A stretch of 64,000 bases of DNA from Amphiscolops sp. MND2022 (lineage: Eukaryota): the NCBI GenBank assembly GCA_964187785.1, contig OZ076409.1, positions 23,438,001 through 23,502,000 on the forward strand, read 5' to 3'. Every line of letters starts with the position of its first letter. Within the stretch, counting starts at the first letter, position 1. Shown in pieces: positions 35,412 through 48,874 of this stretch. Below the pieces are notes generated by a model. That model did no database searches. It saw nothing but the letters and a program-made list of their open reading frames with translations, and was not told the DNA's origin. The position numbers and the translations under genes are program-made.

Positions 35412-38400
35412 ATGTATAACGAACTATCTCAGTCATTCGCCATGCGAAATGAAGCTATGGCAGGGACTGTTCCAATGGAAGCATCTCTGATGATCTCCGG
35501 AAACTTCAACGTCACCAAGAGGAACCACTCGACTACCCGCAGAGTTGCCACAGCAGTCGTACTTACTCTTCTTAACGTCCTTAACTTCTTTGACAGGTGA
35601 GAAAATGAACGATTTTTTTGGCTCAGAAAAAATGTTTATAAAACAAAAAGAACCGTACGTATCGAAATCACAGGAGTGAGTAAAAAGTTTGTATGGGCGT
35701 ATATTTCAGGCAGAGTAGAAAAGTTTTCGGGTTTCAAAACATTACTCGAGAGTATTTGGATTGAGGACTCCTCAATCCAAATACTCTCGAGTAATGTTTT
35801 GAAACCCGAAAACTTTTCTACTCTGCCTGAAATATACGCCCATACAAACTTTTTACTCACTCCTGTGATTTCGATACGTACGGTTCTTTTTGCTCGGAGC
35901 AAAACCTTTCCACTTTAAAGCTGCGTGTTCAAGGTTTTTCTTGATAACAATGTAAAATTTGTATTTGTTCTTTTTTGTACTGCTGAAAAAGTTCGTGCTT
36001 TATCACAGTTGCCCTTGCAAAGGCCTCTATTTTGGACCATTTCTTGAACTTTCTAAAGCCTTGTGGTGCCTTAAATTTTTTTGCCTAGAATTTAGACTTC
36101 GCGATCTCGCATGCTATCAAAGATTATCACAATTTCGCTGGTAGCTCAAGCGATGAGCATTAAATGAAAGAAAGATCAATCTGTAGATTCTTCTTGACAA
36201 TGACATGTTCTTGCCTGCTACAGATCCATATATGGAGTGGTGCTGCCTCAAATCAAAAAGAACTTCCAGATTGGCAATTCTCAAGCGGGCCTCCTGCAAA
36301 CTATGTTTGTGATAGCGATCATGATTGCGGCTCCCATTGCAGGTGTGATTGGCAGGAAGTACAGCCGGAAGTGGGTGATCATTGCAGGTGCGACCATATG
36401 GGCTGCAGCTGCGATTTTGGGTCCCCTCGTCAACGGGGGAAGCTTCACTACTTTGTGCGTAATAAGAGCTTTCTCTGGAGTTGGTGAAAGTTGTTTGGCC
36501 ACTCTAGGTACGTGAGACCTTACATCTACAACGGCGCTCTTAGGATACGGCTACCAAAAAACGACATTTTTTCCTGGTAAAGGGTTTAAAATTCCTTGTG
36601 CTGAGTGAACTGCAAAAAGAAGCTCAAGCATGTTTTCGTAAACTGGTTAATAGAAGACATTGCATTCATTTTCGTGCTTAAAAATGATCTTGCCGAAATG
36701 TCTTTAGGTTCTAAAAGTCTTCAATAAAGCGATAAGGGTCGTGGGAAGGAGCGATTTTTGATAAAAACGTTTTCAAAACTTTCAAAACAGCTTGGATTTG
36801 TGACGGGAAAATAACTTTCCGAGCTTTGGATACATCTTGTGAAAAAGAAAACACTGAATTACTTTTGAAATACGATGAATATTCTTGAAAAAAAACACGA
36901 TATAAAAAATAGTGTAGACACAATTGTATAAAAACGAACGGATAAGATCACTAAAGCATTAGTGTATGAAAATATCGCAATGGAGTCGTACGAACAAGTT
37001 CAATTTTTTCGTAAGTTTATATTGGAACGTGTAATTTCAGCTGTCACTCTGTTTGCCGACATGTTCAGTGATCGTGTGCGTCCATTAATCCTCAGCATTT
37101 TCATGGGTTCCATTTTACTCGGGGGATCTTTGGCGTACCTGCTGGGGCCCATCGTAACTAAGAATTTGGCGGGTACTTGGGACTTGAAAGGCTGGGTCTG
37201 GGTAACATCGGGAACCGGGGCTGTCGGTGTTGTTTTGATCATACCAGCCATCTTCATCATTCCGGATATTCCAGTGCAACAACTCGCGGTCACTAAAGAT
37301 GTTAGTTAGAGCATATAAAACAAGTAGTGAATGGCTCTTTACGCTCGAAAAACGTTCCTGAATGAAAACAGGGAAAAGAATAAACGGGGAGAGTTCTAAA
37401 GTCGCACAACCGAAAACATCCAAAGAGGGTACCCTTTGATCTTGTCTAGTTTTGCAAAGTTGAAAAATAGACCAGCGCTGGATTCGAACCCAACTCCTGC
37501 TCCCCGGTTTTGCACGCTAGCCAACGGCCAAGCGTCGCGAATCAATGAACGAAATTATTTGTAAAAAAGGACTTCGCTGTAAACTGAAGAAAAAATTAAC
37601 AAATGAAAAACTAGCCACTGTAAGAGTCTGTTCTTTTTTCAAAAAGGCGCCGACTAAAAGCAAACCTTAAAGTAAACTGAGAATAATGTCGCGACTTTTT
37701 GTATAGACCTGTGCTTTGGTTTCAGACCACAGTCAAAGATGACGTGCTGTATCTGTTGAGGAACAAAACTTACATCATCACCCTTCTGGGATACACTTGC
37801 TTTTCCTTCTCCCTGGGTATGCTTGTTATTTTCCGTCCATATTTCATATGGGAAAGGAAAATATTTAAATCAAACGGGTTTTTTCTACAAAATTTGCCAA
37901 GAATTATTGTTTACGTAATATGAAGAAGTACATTCACAGAATTCAACTGACATAAATTTAGTTCCATGCGATATGTATTTGTAAAGATTTTTGGACTTAA
38001 AACGATTTTGTTGCTCAAATGATTTGGGGCGGAAAATATCCCGCTGGTCCGCGGGCGTCTTGTTTAAAATTTTAACCAGACATTCCCTTTACTTCGATAG
38101 TTTTTTTGTACGTTTTTACAGAAATCAGGAAGGAAACTTTCAAGGAACAAACATTGATGCATTTAAAAATTATCATTCAAACAAGACACCTGTTGAGCAC
38201 CGTGATATTTTTCGCCCTCGAATATTTTTAGCAACGACGTATTCTAAGGCTTGTGCGCAGCCAATAAACGTATGCCAACGAAAAATTTCAGGAAACTTCA
38301 GTTTGATAATTTTGACAGTTTTTTTTTCTAAATCAAATTTTTCTTCGGATCCACGCTCAGGAACTCACTGTTTTGTCGTTGAATTCTTTGGATATTCATG

Positions 38401-41400
38401 CCGACAAAAATGATCCAAAATAGGCTTGCATAAAAACGTCTAAAATTCCTGCGGAATTACAATTTTTTTACCAGTTTGGCACTTCAATTTCCTGCATTTT
38501 TGTTTCAAAAAAGTCAGATTTCTTCATAACTACGCGTGCTACGAACTTATTTTTTATTATTTTTTGCCGTTAAATTCTATGGAAAACGTCAGACAAAATT
38601 TGGGAATGAAACGCCGGCTGAAAGATAGACAAAATTTGGGAATGAAACGCCGGCTGAAAGATGAATTTTTCTTCCATGGTGGAATTTGGCGGAAAATGAA
38701 AATTCCAAAATATCCATTAGACAAATTAAGATGAATTTTTGGTTTTACTCATTTTTGGAGGATTCATAAAAGAAACATATATGTAGAGAACGAAATATTA
38801 TGTGACAAGGTAAAAGAGTGGACTATGTGTTGTGAATTGTCAACAAGTTAGTTGTTTTTCAGTCATTTTTTGCTTCAGCCGCCAAACAGTATTGGAGTGT
38901 AACTTTACTGCAAGAGGCTTCAGAGATAAACAGCCAAGTGCACGTAGATCAGCTGACTATGATAATCTCGGTTATTGTGTTCGTCTGTGGGTACTTCGGC
39001 TCTGCGGGAGTCGCGGAGGTCGCCCGATTCTTCAAAAACAAAGGAGTGCAAGGCGCCCAACCAGCTGTGACTGGGATCATCGGCATGTTCAGCGGTATCT
39101 CGTGTCTATTCTTCATCTATTTGATTGTGAAAAATTTACCTCTTGGTTAGTAAACCTTTGTCTTTTCCCACTGCCTTTTTTGTATTGTTCAGTTTAGGTG
39201 TTGCGGTTCGGCTGTTTTTGGACCGTATCTCTTTGAATAGGAGTCCCCCTCGAGTGCATCCTGCGCCGAAATAAAGCTGCATTTGGTCAAAATGATCGTA
39301 GAAGCCGCCCTGAATAGAAGAAGTAGGTTGTAATTTAATCTAAGCCCTGATTGTGAACTCGCTTCGAAAGGAACCGAAACGCCTTTTTTTCGTTGCATTT
39401 TTAATCAATTCAAGAAAAAACAAGCCAGGACCTGCTCAAGTCGGCACCCCGCTCAAGTTTCTTGAATATACAAAGGACACTGTTTTCTAACTTTTATCAC
39501 TTTCTCAGTTCCGAAAAATACCCCAAATGATACGCATAAGACTCGGAAATCACATTTTCCCCAAATGGAAACAAAGATCTATTTTTTTGAATTTTTAAAA
39601 AATTTTCTTGGAAAAATCTCATAGTGCCAAAAAATGAACTTTCAACTCAAAAAACTATCTTTTCCCCAGCCGAAATCGGCTATGGAAGCGGGAGGGTACC
39701 CTTTCACCAAATGAAAGTTTCGGGAAAAACGCACACAGCCAAAAAAGCTTGAATCAAGCATGATAAAGTATTGAGAAAAAAACAGCTGCTCGGTCAAGTT
39801 GAAAAAAAGGTCTCACAATACCGAAAAACAATCCAAAGGGGAACCCTTTGGCCTCAAATGTTTTTGTATCAACTCTAAATATCCTTAAAATTGAAAAGGG
39901 AACCCTTTTGTAACATTGAAAAATTTTCCAAAAAACGTTATATCCGGTATTCGTTTCATCAGAAATTCGTTATATCCGGTTTGCGCTAAATCCAGTATGG
40001 ATTGCGGTATTGTCGAAGGGGACTTCTTTACAGCTCAAATGAAGTATGTAGTTGGCCAAAAAGGACTTTGCCAAAATTGAACTTTTGGTAGAACTATTCT
40101 GTCAGTTCAATTGGTATTAGAAAAAGAAAAGTCACCATTAAAGTCTGCTCTTTCCACGAGAGCGCCGACTGAAAACTTTTGCTTAATCAAATTTGACGTT
40201 ATTTTTGATTGCCGAAGGGAATGAAAAACAAACCGGGACCGGCCCGAGTCGGCGCCATATCCAAGGCTCAAAAATAGCAAAAAGACTTCCAAGTGTCAAG
40301 TATTCTCTTTTGCAGTACTCGAAAATCGATCGAAAAAAATGGACCGAGTGGCGGGCTAAAGTCTCACAATGCCGGAAAACTGAAAGGAGGGACCCTTTGA
40401 GGTTTTTCAACATCCATTCTGTCGCAAAACATGAAAAAATTGAAAACAAAAAATTTTTATTTTTAGGAAAAAAAATCTCACAGTGCCGAAAAATTGGAAG
40501 GGGGACTCTTTGGGGAAAAAAAATTTCCGGAAAAAAAGTCTCGCAGTGCCAAAAAAAATTGGAAGGGGGGACCCTTTGGTCTCCCCGGGTATGGTATGGT
40601 ACGCGGGAAAACAGGAAAAACCTTTTTGGTTCAGTTCGCTAGACCAAATAGTGCAATTTGGTGCAATAATATTTTGTAGAACTTTTAAGAACTATTTTGG
40701 TCAGTTCGTGTGGATTGAAAACAAGCCGGGACCGGCCCAAGTCGGCGCCATATCCAAGGCTCAAAAATAGCAAAAAGACTTCCAAGTGTCAAGTATTCTT
40801 TTACAGTAGTCAAAAATCGAAAATTTTTCGAAATTCTTTTTTTTGAAAAAATTACATACTAAAAAAATGGACCGACTGGCGCGCTAACGTCTCACAATGC
40901 CGAAAAACTGAAAAGGGGACCCTTTGAGTTTTTAACATCCATTCTGTCGCAAAACATGAAAAAATTGAAGAAAACAAAAATTTTTATTTTCGGGAAAAAA
41001 TCTCACAATGCCGAAAAAAACTGAAAGGAGGAACCCTTTGGGATTTTCCAACATCCATTCTGTCGCAAAACATCAAAAAAAATGCAGGGGGACCCTTTGA
41101 GGAAAAAATCCGAAAAAAAATGTCTCGCAGTGCCGAAAAAAATTGAAAGGAGGGACTCTTTGGTCTCGCCCGATATGGTATGTTATGCGGAAAAACAGGT
41201 AAAACCATTTTGGTCCAGTTCGCTAGGCCAAATGGTGCAATTTGACACCATAATATTTTGTAGAACTTTTAAGAACTATTTTGGTCAGTTCGTGTGGATA
41301 GAAAAAAAAGAGTCACTATAATAGTCGCGTTTCACTTCATGAAGCGCCGACTAAAGAAAGAAAAGCCACTATAATAGTCGCGTTTCACTTCATGAAGCGC

Positions 41401-44400
41401 CGACTAATTACAATTTTTGGCTACATAGATACTCAGAGCAATACTTTTGAAGAATGCGCTCGAAGATAAAAACGTTCATCAAAAGAACTCGTAGAGTTCA
41501 GAAAAACATTTTGCGCTATTGCATGTCTCGATTAACATTACGATACATATGCCGCAACGAACTAGCAAGATCTTGCTAGTTTGATTAACAGCCAATAAAA
41601 CGCGTAATTATTTCAAATACGTGTTACGTATTTTGCTCGTTACACTGTTGCGCTTTGTTGTGCTGGGATTCAAAGCAACGGTGATCAATTTGAACCCCTT
41701 TCGGGTCCCTTTCTTCAGCTTGTGCTAATAACAGCTCTCACCGAACAGAACAGTGAGGGAACAGCACAACTCTCGTATTTTGTCCAACAAAATCTTACCG
41801 AAACTACGAAAGAAAATATCGACTTCATTCAGTCAGTTTCATTAGATATAAATAATCTCTTGTAAACCTATCCAACGAAACAAACATTTTCAGCGCGAAC
41901 GGTCCATTTTTTGTCTCTTCAGTGATAAGCGATTCTACTGTACTGGCTGTGAGCTGTTATCAGCAGTGGCTGTGGAACAGTGAGTTAAGCCATTTTTAAG
42001 CGAAAGCGCAAGAAAAGCGAAAGCGACATGATAGCCGAATAAATGCCGACAGCTAAAGTGACAATCGAAATTTGCGCTATCCAGTCGAAACCTTCATCTA
42101 CTTCTCAGCTTCTATTGAAGTTTTACAATCGTGCCAGAGCCACCAACTGGCATTAGACTAGTTGACATGCAACGAGAAAGTTCTGGAAAAGTTGAATCCC
42201 AAGTTTACAAAAAGATAGTTGTTAAGTACTGAGCCTTCCACCCGAAGTCAGTACAGCTAAAAGCCTATTCTTTTTTGCGGTTACTTTGTTGACAAAATGC
42301 GCAAGAGTTGAAGTTCGAACAGTTGAGAAGTTTTAGTTGAAAAGTTCAAATTGCTGAGCCAAACTTTTCTAAAAAGCGCCGTTTAAGCGTTAGGGGTCAC
42401 TCACAAGCGCAACAAGCGATAAGCGCGTTGTTTGGTAAACCCTAATTCACTGCTGAAGAAATAGTACTGGCACTGAGTACCTCAAAGTTGCAGCTGAAGG
42501 TCATTGACATTAATTAAATGGCTCGCGTATCATTCAGTGCTGTGTCATTCGAGCGACTACCCTCATTGTTTAAAATTTGCTTTGAATGGATTTGCGTTTG
42601 AAAGTTGATATAGGTCAATTGTTCAGATATTTGTTTAAAATCTTTTGTGATACATAGTTCGATGAATCTTTATTTGCATGAGCTTTGTTTTATGTATATT
42701 TTCAATCTAAGGTTTTTGCCAATAAACAAAGTACGTATATGGACGCTACAAGATTTTTTAGATAAGAATTTGAATCGATTGAAACAGCACAATCAAAATT
42801 ACGAGACATTTCAATGCCAGACATTTCAATCCAGCGAAGCCAAACATTCCAGTTCCAAGCGTTTGAATGTTTGAATTCCATAATAATGAAACATGTAGCC
42901 CATCTTCTTTAGCACTCTTTTTATTTCACAATTTGTTGGCACGGTTTGGTTTGAACTGCTCAAGCATCAGAAAAAGTGATTGTTTCTCTAAGGTTTCTTT
43001 CCAAAATTCAATTTTTTCAAGAACACTTGACCCATAAAAAAGACACCCCTATACCATTTCACAAAAAAGTCTTGCGCAACGAAACCACATACTATGCCGT
43101 TGTTGATACATACCCACGCTCATAGTTCATTTCTCTGGTAGAATATGGCGTGGTTGTGGAGAGATTAACCCTAATTGGCCCGGGCGTTTTCAAATTTTAA
43201 ATCATCAACATCACAACTACGCGTACCAGAGAAACGAACTATAGCGCGTTTGAAAGGTCTGGTATTGGGCTTTCATTTTGATCAGATGAGCCCCTGTCGC
43301 CGCGCGCCCCTTCCTTCAGAATTTTAGTTTCTTTTTCCGGTACCGCCGCATGGCGGCAGTTCCGCACTTCGTGCGGCCCGCTACGTGGGGGCTTGTAGTA
43401 ACAACAGAATATTATTGGGATTTGTTGGGTAAGAACATTTTACTATGGGTCAAGATTTTTTGAGAAAGCTGGATTTCGCCAAAAACGGAAATTTAGAAAG
43501 AAATAACCATTTTTTGTGCAAAAAACTCATTTTTCTGTTGTGAAGACATATTCACTTTTCCTAATTCTTGTGCCATTCAAACCAATTTAGGTACCAAGGA
43601 ATTGTTGAGAAAAAACAATGACTTTAATAAGCGCTTTCTTGAATTCAAAAAATCATCTTAAACCTTGATCGAGTATTTTCAGTGAAGATGTAAAAATCAG
43701 TTAGGCCTTCACGAAGTTTGAATTCCAAAGTATCCTATCATACCAAATTTTAATTGCGTAAACTTTTTTGTAAATTAAAGTTAACGTTCCCGCTAAAATT
43801 CACTGTACCAAATTCCTCGCTGTTTCTGTATTGTTTGATGATATTCAATCTTTTTCAACGAATTTAACGTGAAATTTTCCTGGGTTTCAGCTATGGTCTT
43901 CTATGGACTCACGAACGTGACCCTATCTTGTTGGGTGGGAACAACGCACGACATCCTCATGAGTGTCTCCCCACCCATTGTGAGACCTGTGGCTTCTGGG
44001 ATGGCCACCCTAGTCGCCCATCTGTTGGGAGACGGTTTCAGCCCCACTGTGCTCGGCACCCTCAGTGACTCCCTCTTCAGTGGTCACGACAACAACTACC
44101 AGGAAAAATTCGATTCCTTACAGGAAGCTTTCTTTTTGGCCGAATTCATATCAACCATTGGAGGTGAAAAATGATGGTTCTGTATATGCCTTGCCGTACC
44201 ACGACAATTCGTACATAGGACGTTTCGTACACAAAACGTTTCGCACAAAGTATAAAATCGGACATTTCGTACAAAAATAAAATCGGACATTTCGTACACA
44301 AGCGGATACAAATTTAGGTAAGCATACGAACAATGTGATTTTACTCATTCAGTGATTATTTTGAACTTGGTTTTACCTCATTTCAGTTCAAATTTTGCAC

Positions 44401-45056
44401 GAAATGTCTTGTGTACAAAATGTCCGTTTTCTATTTAGAACCAAACGTCCGTGTACGAAATGTCCGGTTTTTGGCCATTGTACGAAACGTACTGTGTACG
44501 AATTGTCGTGGTGCCATGCCTGGTAATGGTTTTCTTTGATGAGCGGGAATTGAAACTTGTATTGAAATTTTTCAACTTTTTGCTCAAACCTAGAGCAAGA
44601 GCACTTGATTTTGAAGGTTTCAACGGTTAAAACAAATTTTGTTAGAAGTTGAGTATGCTTCTTCCAGATGAAGATAGAAGTTTCAGATTTTCTTCAAGTT
44701 TATTAGCCGCGGCTTCAATCCCATGTGAATACAATGTTGGATGTTCTTTTTCTGTGTTAACAGGATCTCTCTACTTAATAGCGGCTATTTTCATGCCAGG
44801 CGACATGCAAAAAATGAGAGAAATGACCCATCAACCCAAGAGGACGAAGTCAAAGCACACACAGCAACCAAAAGACAATCCAAGTGTCGCTTTTGCCAGA
44901 CAAACGGACCAAAACGGCCAGTACAGAAGATCCAGCAGTGGAGGGGGAGTAGTGGAATTACCCCCAGCGGCTGCAAGTGGCAATAAAAACAAGCCTGAAG
45001 ACCTATTTGTGCCTCTGGACGAAAGTGACTCAGAGCAGCACCATGGGTACAACTGA
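35412..45056 (+). CDS. Spinster-family (SPNS-like) MFS transporter, 7 exons, ~550 aa
   Basis: Exons 35412-35596, 36224-36507, 37041-37300, 37726-37816, 38879-39145, 43891-44163, 44764-45056 (1653 nt; all GT-AG, phases consistent). Motifs: LLNVLNFFDR, QAGLLQTMF, IRAFSGVGES, LFADMF, DDVLYLLRNKTY, AHLLGDGFSPTVLGTLSD. Start codon choice is uncertain. Confidence 0.88.
35644..35892. repeat. Perfect 249-bp palindrome (124-bp arms, 1-nt loop)
   Basis: Arms are exact reverse complements around C35768 (…ttgagga-c-tcctcaa…). The + and - ORF translations mirror each other. Confidence 0.97.
38591..38662. repeat. Exact 36-bp tandem duplication
   Basis: agacaaaatttgggaatgaaacgccggctgaaagat occurs twice in tandem. 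Confidence 0.9.
39419..40175 (-). mobile_element. Family A Helentron-like element
   Basis: On the + strand: aacaagccaggacctgctcaagtcggc ... aagtctgctc...agcgccgactgaaaa. Confidence 0.6.
40227..41407 (-). mobile_element. Two nested family A elements (inner copy 40720-41355)
   Basis: Two AACAA-ccgggaccggccc-agtcggcgcc termini (40227, 40720) and two consecutive tagtcgcg...gcgccgactaa termini (ending ~41355 and ~41407). Confidence 0.7.
44195..44515. mobile_element. Foldback/Mutator-like MITE in Spinster intron 6 (duplicated at 47230-47550)
   Basis: TIRs cgtaccacgacaattcgtaca / tgtacgaattgtcgtggtgcc with internal ggacatttcgtaca subrepeats. Degenerate 9-bp TSD atgccttgc / atgcctggt. Confidence 0.75.
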
Positions 45057-46925
45057 TGACGTCATATCAAGACTCCAATATTACTTTTCAGAGATGAATG
45101 CCAAAATTTTAGATTGGAAATTTTGAATTGTTAGAGTTGTTAAAGAAGATGAAGAAAATATTCGAAGCCAGCTGCTTCCTAATACTTTTTTTCAACATTA
45201 GTCTAAAAAAATCTCGAATTGTTTATGCATGGGAATAAAGAGATTGTTCGACCATTCTTGTTGAAATTCACTCTTGCTGGTAAGAATTTTAAGTTGTTTA
45301 TGTTAATTTACATAAAACAGCTCTTATTTCAGAATTTGAGAGTGAGCCTAATAAATAAACTCAGGACCAACTAACTGAGATCAGTTAAACCAATTTTAAA
45401 TGCAAAGTTGAGCTCCTCTGAAAACGCTTAAGGGAAATGTGTAATGTGTAGACTCCAAAACTATCGAGGAAAAAGCAGCCGACCCGCATCGATTTGTAAT
45501 GTGTCCTTGGTAGACGCGCTTTGCAAGCCATGAGTAACTCTAAATTCAACGTTCCAAGGCAGTATCGTGTCCTTATCCTGAACACGACAACGTTTCCTCA
45601 TCGGTTCACGTTTCAAACGTCCTCATAATTCAACGTCCTAATCTTCTTAACCAACAAGTATTCAGAAAAATTGTTCATAACGCGAACAAAAAATCAAATA
45701 TTGATTTTAAAGAACTTTTTGAAAAACTTCAGGTGTTTCCGTAAGACCACTGAATCTGCAATTTTCTGTCATTGAATTATTTAAAAGGAGTATAACAAGA
45801 CAGGAACATCTCAACATTTAAGACTCCAAAAGCGCAAAGTTTTTAGTCGGCGCCTTTTCTATCAAGGAAAAAAGCCAGATTATTACTGTGACTAGTTTTT
45901 TAGTCGGCGCATTTTCGTTTAAGGAAAAAAACGACAATTTTTTTTGTCAGTGACTAGTTTTTTGTCAGATAACAGAATGGACACTTTACAGAAACTATTA
46001 AATTTACTAAACTACTGTACCGGCCAATTCTGGCCTACGGAAACGAATCTACGTTAGTGCAAAAGGTGCAAACTCCCCTGAAGTTTTCCTTTTTTAACGG
46101 AACTTACAAAACCGAACGAGACTAAAGCCCCCTTTATTTTTTAGGCACAGTGAGACTCGAATTTTTTTAATGTCTCCAAAGATTCCCCTTTCAATTTTTG
46201 TGATTTTTTGACACAGAATGGATGGTAAAAAATCCCAAATGGTTCCCCTTTAACATTTTTTGTCACTATGAGACTGTTCAAAACTCTCATTCGATTTTTT
46301 TGAAAATTTTCGAATGTCTTCAAGGGGTCCCCATTCAATTATTTGAAATTTTGCAACACAATGGATTTTGAAAATTGCAAAGTGTCCCCCTTTTCCGTTT
46401 TGGGCACTATCAGACAGTTTCAAAGTTCTCATTTTGAGCTGAAATTAAGATTCCGCAATATTCTGTTCGAATTTTGGACGTGGATGTTCGAATGCGCTAT
46501 ATGTGAGGTTTTGACGTTATATCCGAACTAGATTGCGTTTACTAAGGTGGAGTCGGAGATTCGAAAAAAGCGCCCCTATTTGTCCCAGCACGCTATATCT
46601 GAACTTTTGACGTTATATCCAAACTATAGTGCTTTTTACTTGGGAGGAGGCGTGAGGAAGCAAAAAGCGCTCTCACTTGTCTCAGCACGCAACACTTCAA
46701 CGTCTGAAGCGTTTTCAGAGCACAAAAGGCACCCTTTTGATGTTTTGAAACTGCTTTCTCATAAAAAACGACCCGAGCATATGTTTAAAATTTTGCGTTT
46801 TTTGAGCCTTAAGTAAAGCGACGACTTTAAAAATTCACTGTACCAAATTCCTCGCTGTTTCTGTATTGTTTGATGATATTCAATCTTTTTCAACGAATTT
46901 AACGTGAAATTTTCCTGGGTTTCAG

Positions 46926-48091
46926 CTATGGTCTTCTATGGACTCACGAACGTGACCCTATCTTGTTGGGTGGGAACAACGCACGACATCCTCATGAGTG
47001 TCTCCCCACCCATTGTGAGACCTGTGGCTTCTGGGATGGCCACCCTAGTCGCCCATCTGTTGGGAGACGGTTTCAGCCCCACTGTGCTCGGCACCCTCAG
47101 TGACTCCCTCTTCAGTGGTCACGACAACAACTACCAGGAAAAATTCGATTCCTTACAGGAAGCTTTCTTTTTGGCCGAATTCATATCAACCATTGGAGGT
47201 GAAAAATGATGGTTCTGTATATGCCTTGCCGTACCACGACAATTCGTACATAGGACGTTTCGTACACAAAACGTTTCGCACAAAGTATAAAATCGGACAT
47301 TTCGTACAAAAATAAAATCGGACATTTCGTACACAAGCGGATACAAATTTAGGTAAGCATACGAACAATGTGATTTTACTCATTCAGTGATTATTTTGAA
47401 CTTGGTTTTACCTCATTTCAGTTCAAATTTTGCACGAAATGTCTTGTGTACAAAATGTCCGTTTTCTATTTAGAACCAAACGTCCGTGTACGAAATGTCC
47501 GGTTTTTGGCCATTGTACGAAACGTACTGTGTACGAATTGTCGTGGTGCCATGCCTGGTAATGGTTTTCTTTGATGAGCGGGAATTGAAACTTGTATTGA
47601 AATTTTTCAACTTTTTGCTCAAACCTAGAGCAAGAGCACTTGATTTTGAAGGTTTCAACGGTTAAAACAAATTTTGTTAGAAGTTGAGTATGCTTCTTCC
47701 AGATGAAGATAGAAGTTTCAGATTTTCTTCAAGTTTATTAGCCGCGGCTTCAATCCCATGTGAATACAATGTTGGATGTTCTTTTTCTGTGTTAACAGGA
47801 TCTCTCTACTTAATAGCGGCTATTTTCATGCCAGGCGACATGCAAAAAATGAGAGAAATGACCCATCAACCCAAGAGGACGAAGTCAAAGCACACACAGC
47901 AACCAAAAGACAACCCAAGTGTTGCTTTTGCCAGACAAACGGACCAAAACGGCCAGTACAGAAGATCCAGCAGTGGAGGGGGAGTAGTGGAATTACCCCC
48001 AGCGGCTGCAAGTCGCAATAAAAACAAGGCTGAAGACCTATTTGTGCCTCTGGACGAAAGTGACTCAGATCAGCACCATGGGTACAACTGA
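46926..48091 (+). other. Duplicated terminal exons 6' (46926-47198) and 7' (47799-48091) of the Spinster-like gene
   Basis: Splice sites and frames are intact. Exon 6' is identical in translation; exon 7' has three amino-acid changes (G>R, P>A, E>D). Confidence 0.85.
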
Positions 48092-48874
48092 TGACGTCAT
48101 ATCAAGACTCCAATAATACTTTTCAGAGATGAATGCCAAAATTTTAGATTGGAAATTTTGAATTGATAGAGTTGTTAAAGAAGATGAAGAAAGTATTCGA
48201 AGCCAGCTGCTTCCTAATACTTTTTTTCAACATTAGTCTAAAAAAATCTCGAATTGTTTATGCATGGGAATAAAGAGATTGTTCGACCATTCTTGTTGAA
48301 ATTCACTCTTGCTGGTAAGAATTTTAAGTTGTTTATGTTAATTTACATAAAACAGCTCTTATTTCAGAATTTGAGAGTGAGCCTAATAAATAAAGGCAGG
48401 ACCAACTAACTGAGATCAGTTAAACCAATTTTAAATGCAAAGTTGAGCTCCTCTGAAAACGCTTAAGGGAAATGTGTAATGTGTAGACTCCAAAACTATC
48501 GAGGAAAAAGCAGCCGACCCGCATCGATTTGTAATGTGTCCTTGGTAGACGCGCTTTGCAAGCCATGAGTAACTCTAAATTCAACGTTCCAAGGCAGTAT
48601 CGTGTCCTTATCTTGAACACGACAACGTTTCCTCATCGGTTCACGTTTCAAACGTCCTCATAATTCAACGTCCTACTCTTCTTAACCAACAAGTATTCAG
48701 AAAAATTGTTCATAACGGGAACAAAAAATCAAATATTGATTTTAAAGAACTTTTTGAAAAACTTCAGGTGTTTCCGTAAGAGCACTGAATCTGCAATTTT
48801 CTGTCATTGAATTATTTAAAAGGAGTATAACAAGACAGGAACATCTCAACATTAAAGACTCCAAAAGCGCAAAG

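Noticed and set aside
40107..41321. Several 60-150-aa ORFs
   Set aside because: They lie wholly within family A non-coding repeats and are low-complexity K/F-rich translations.
43167..43460. piggyBac-like element starting TTAACCCT
   Set aside because: No matching GGGTTAA right end was found.
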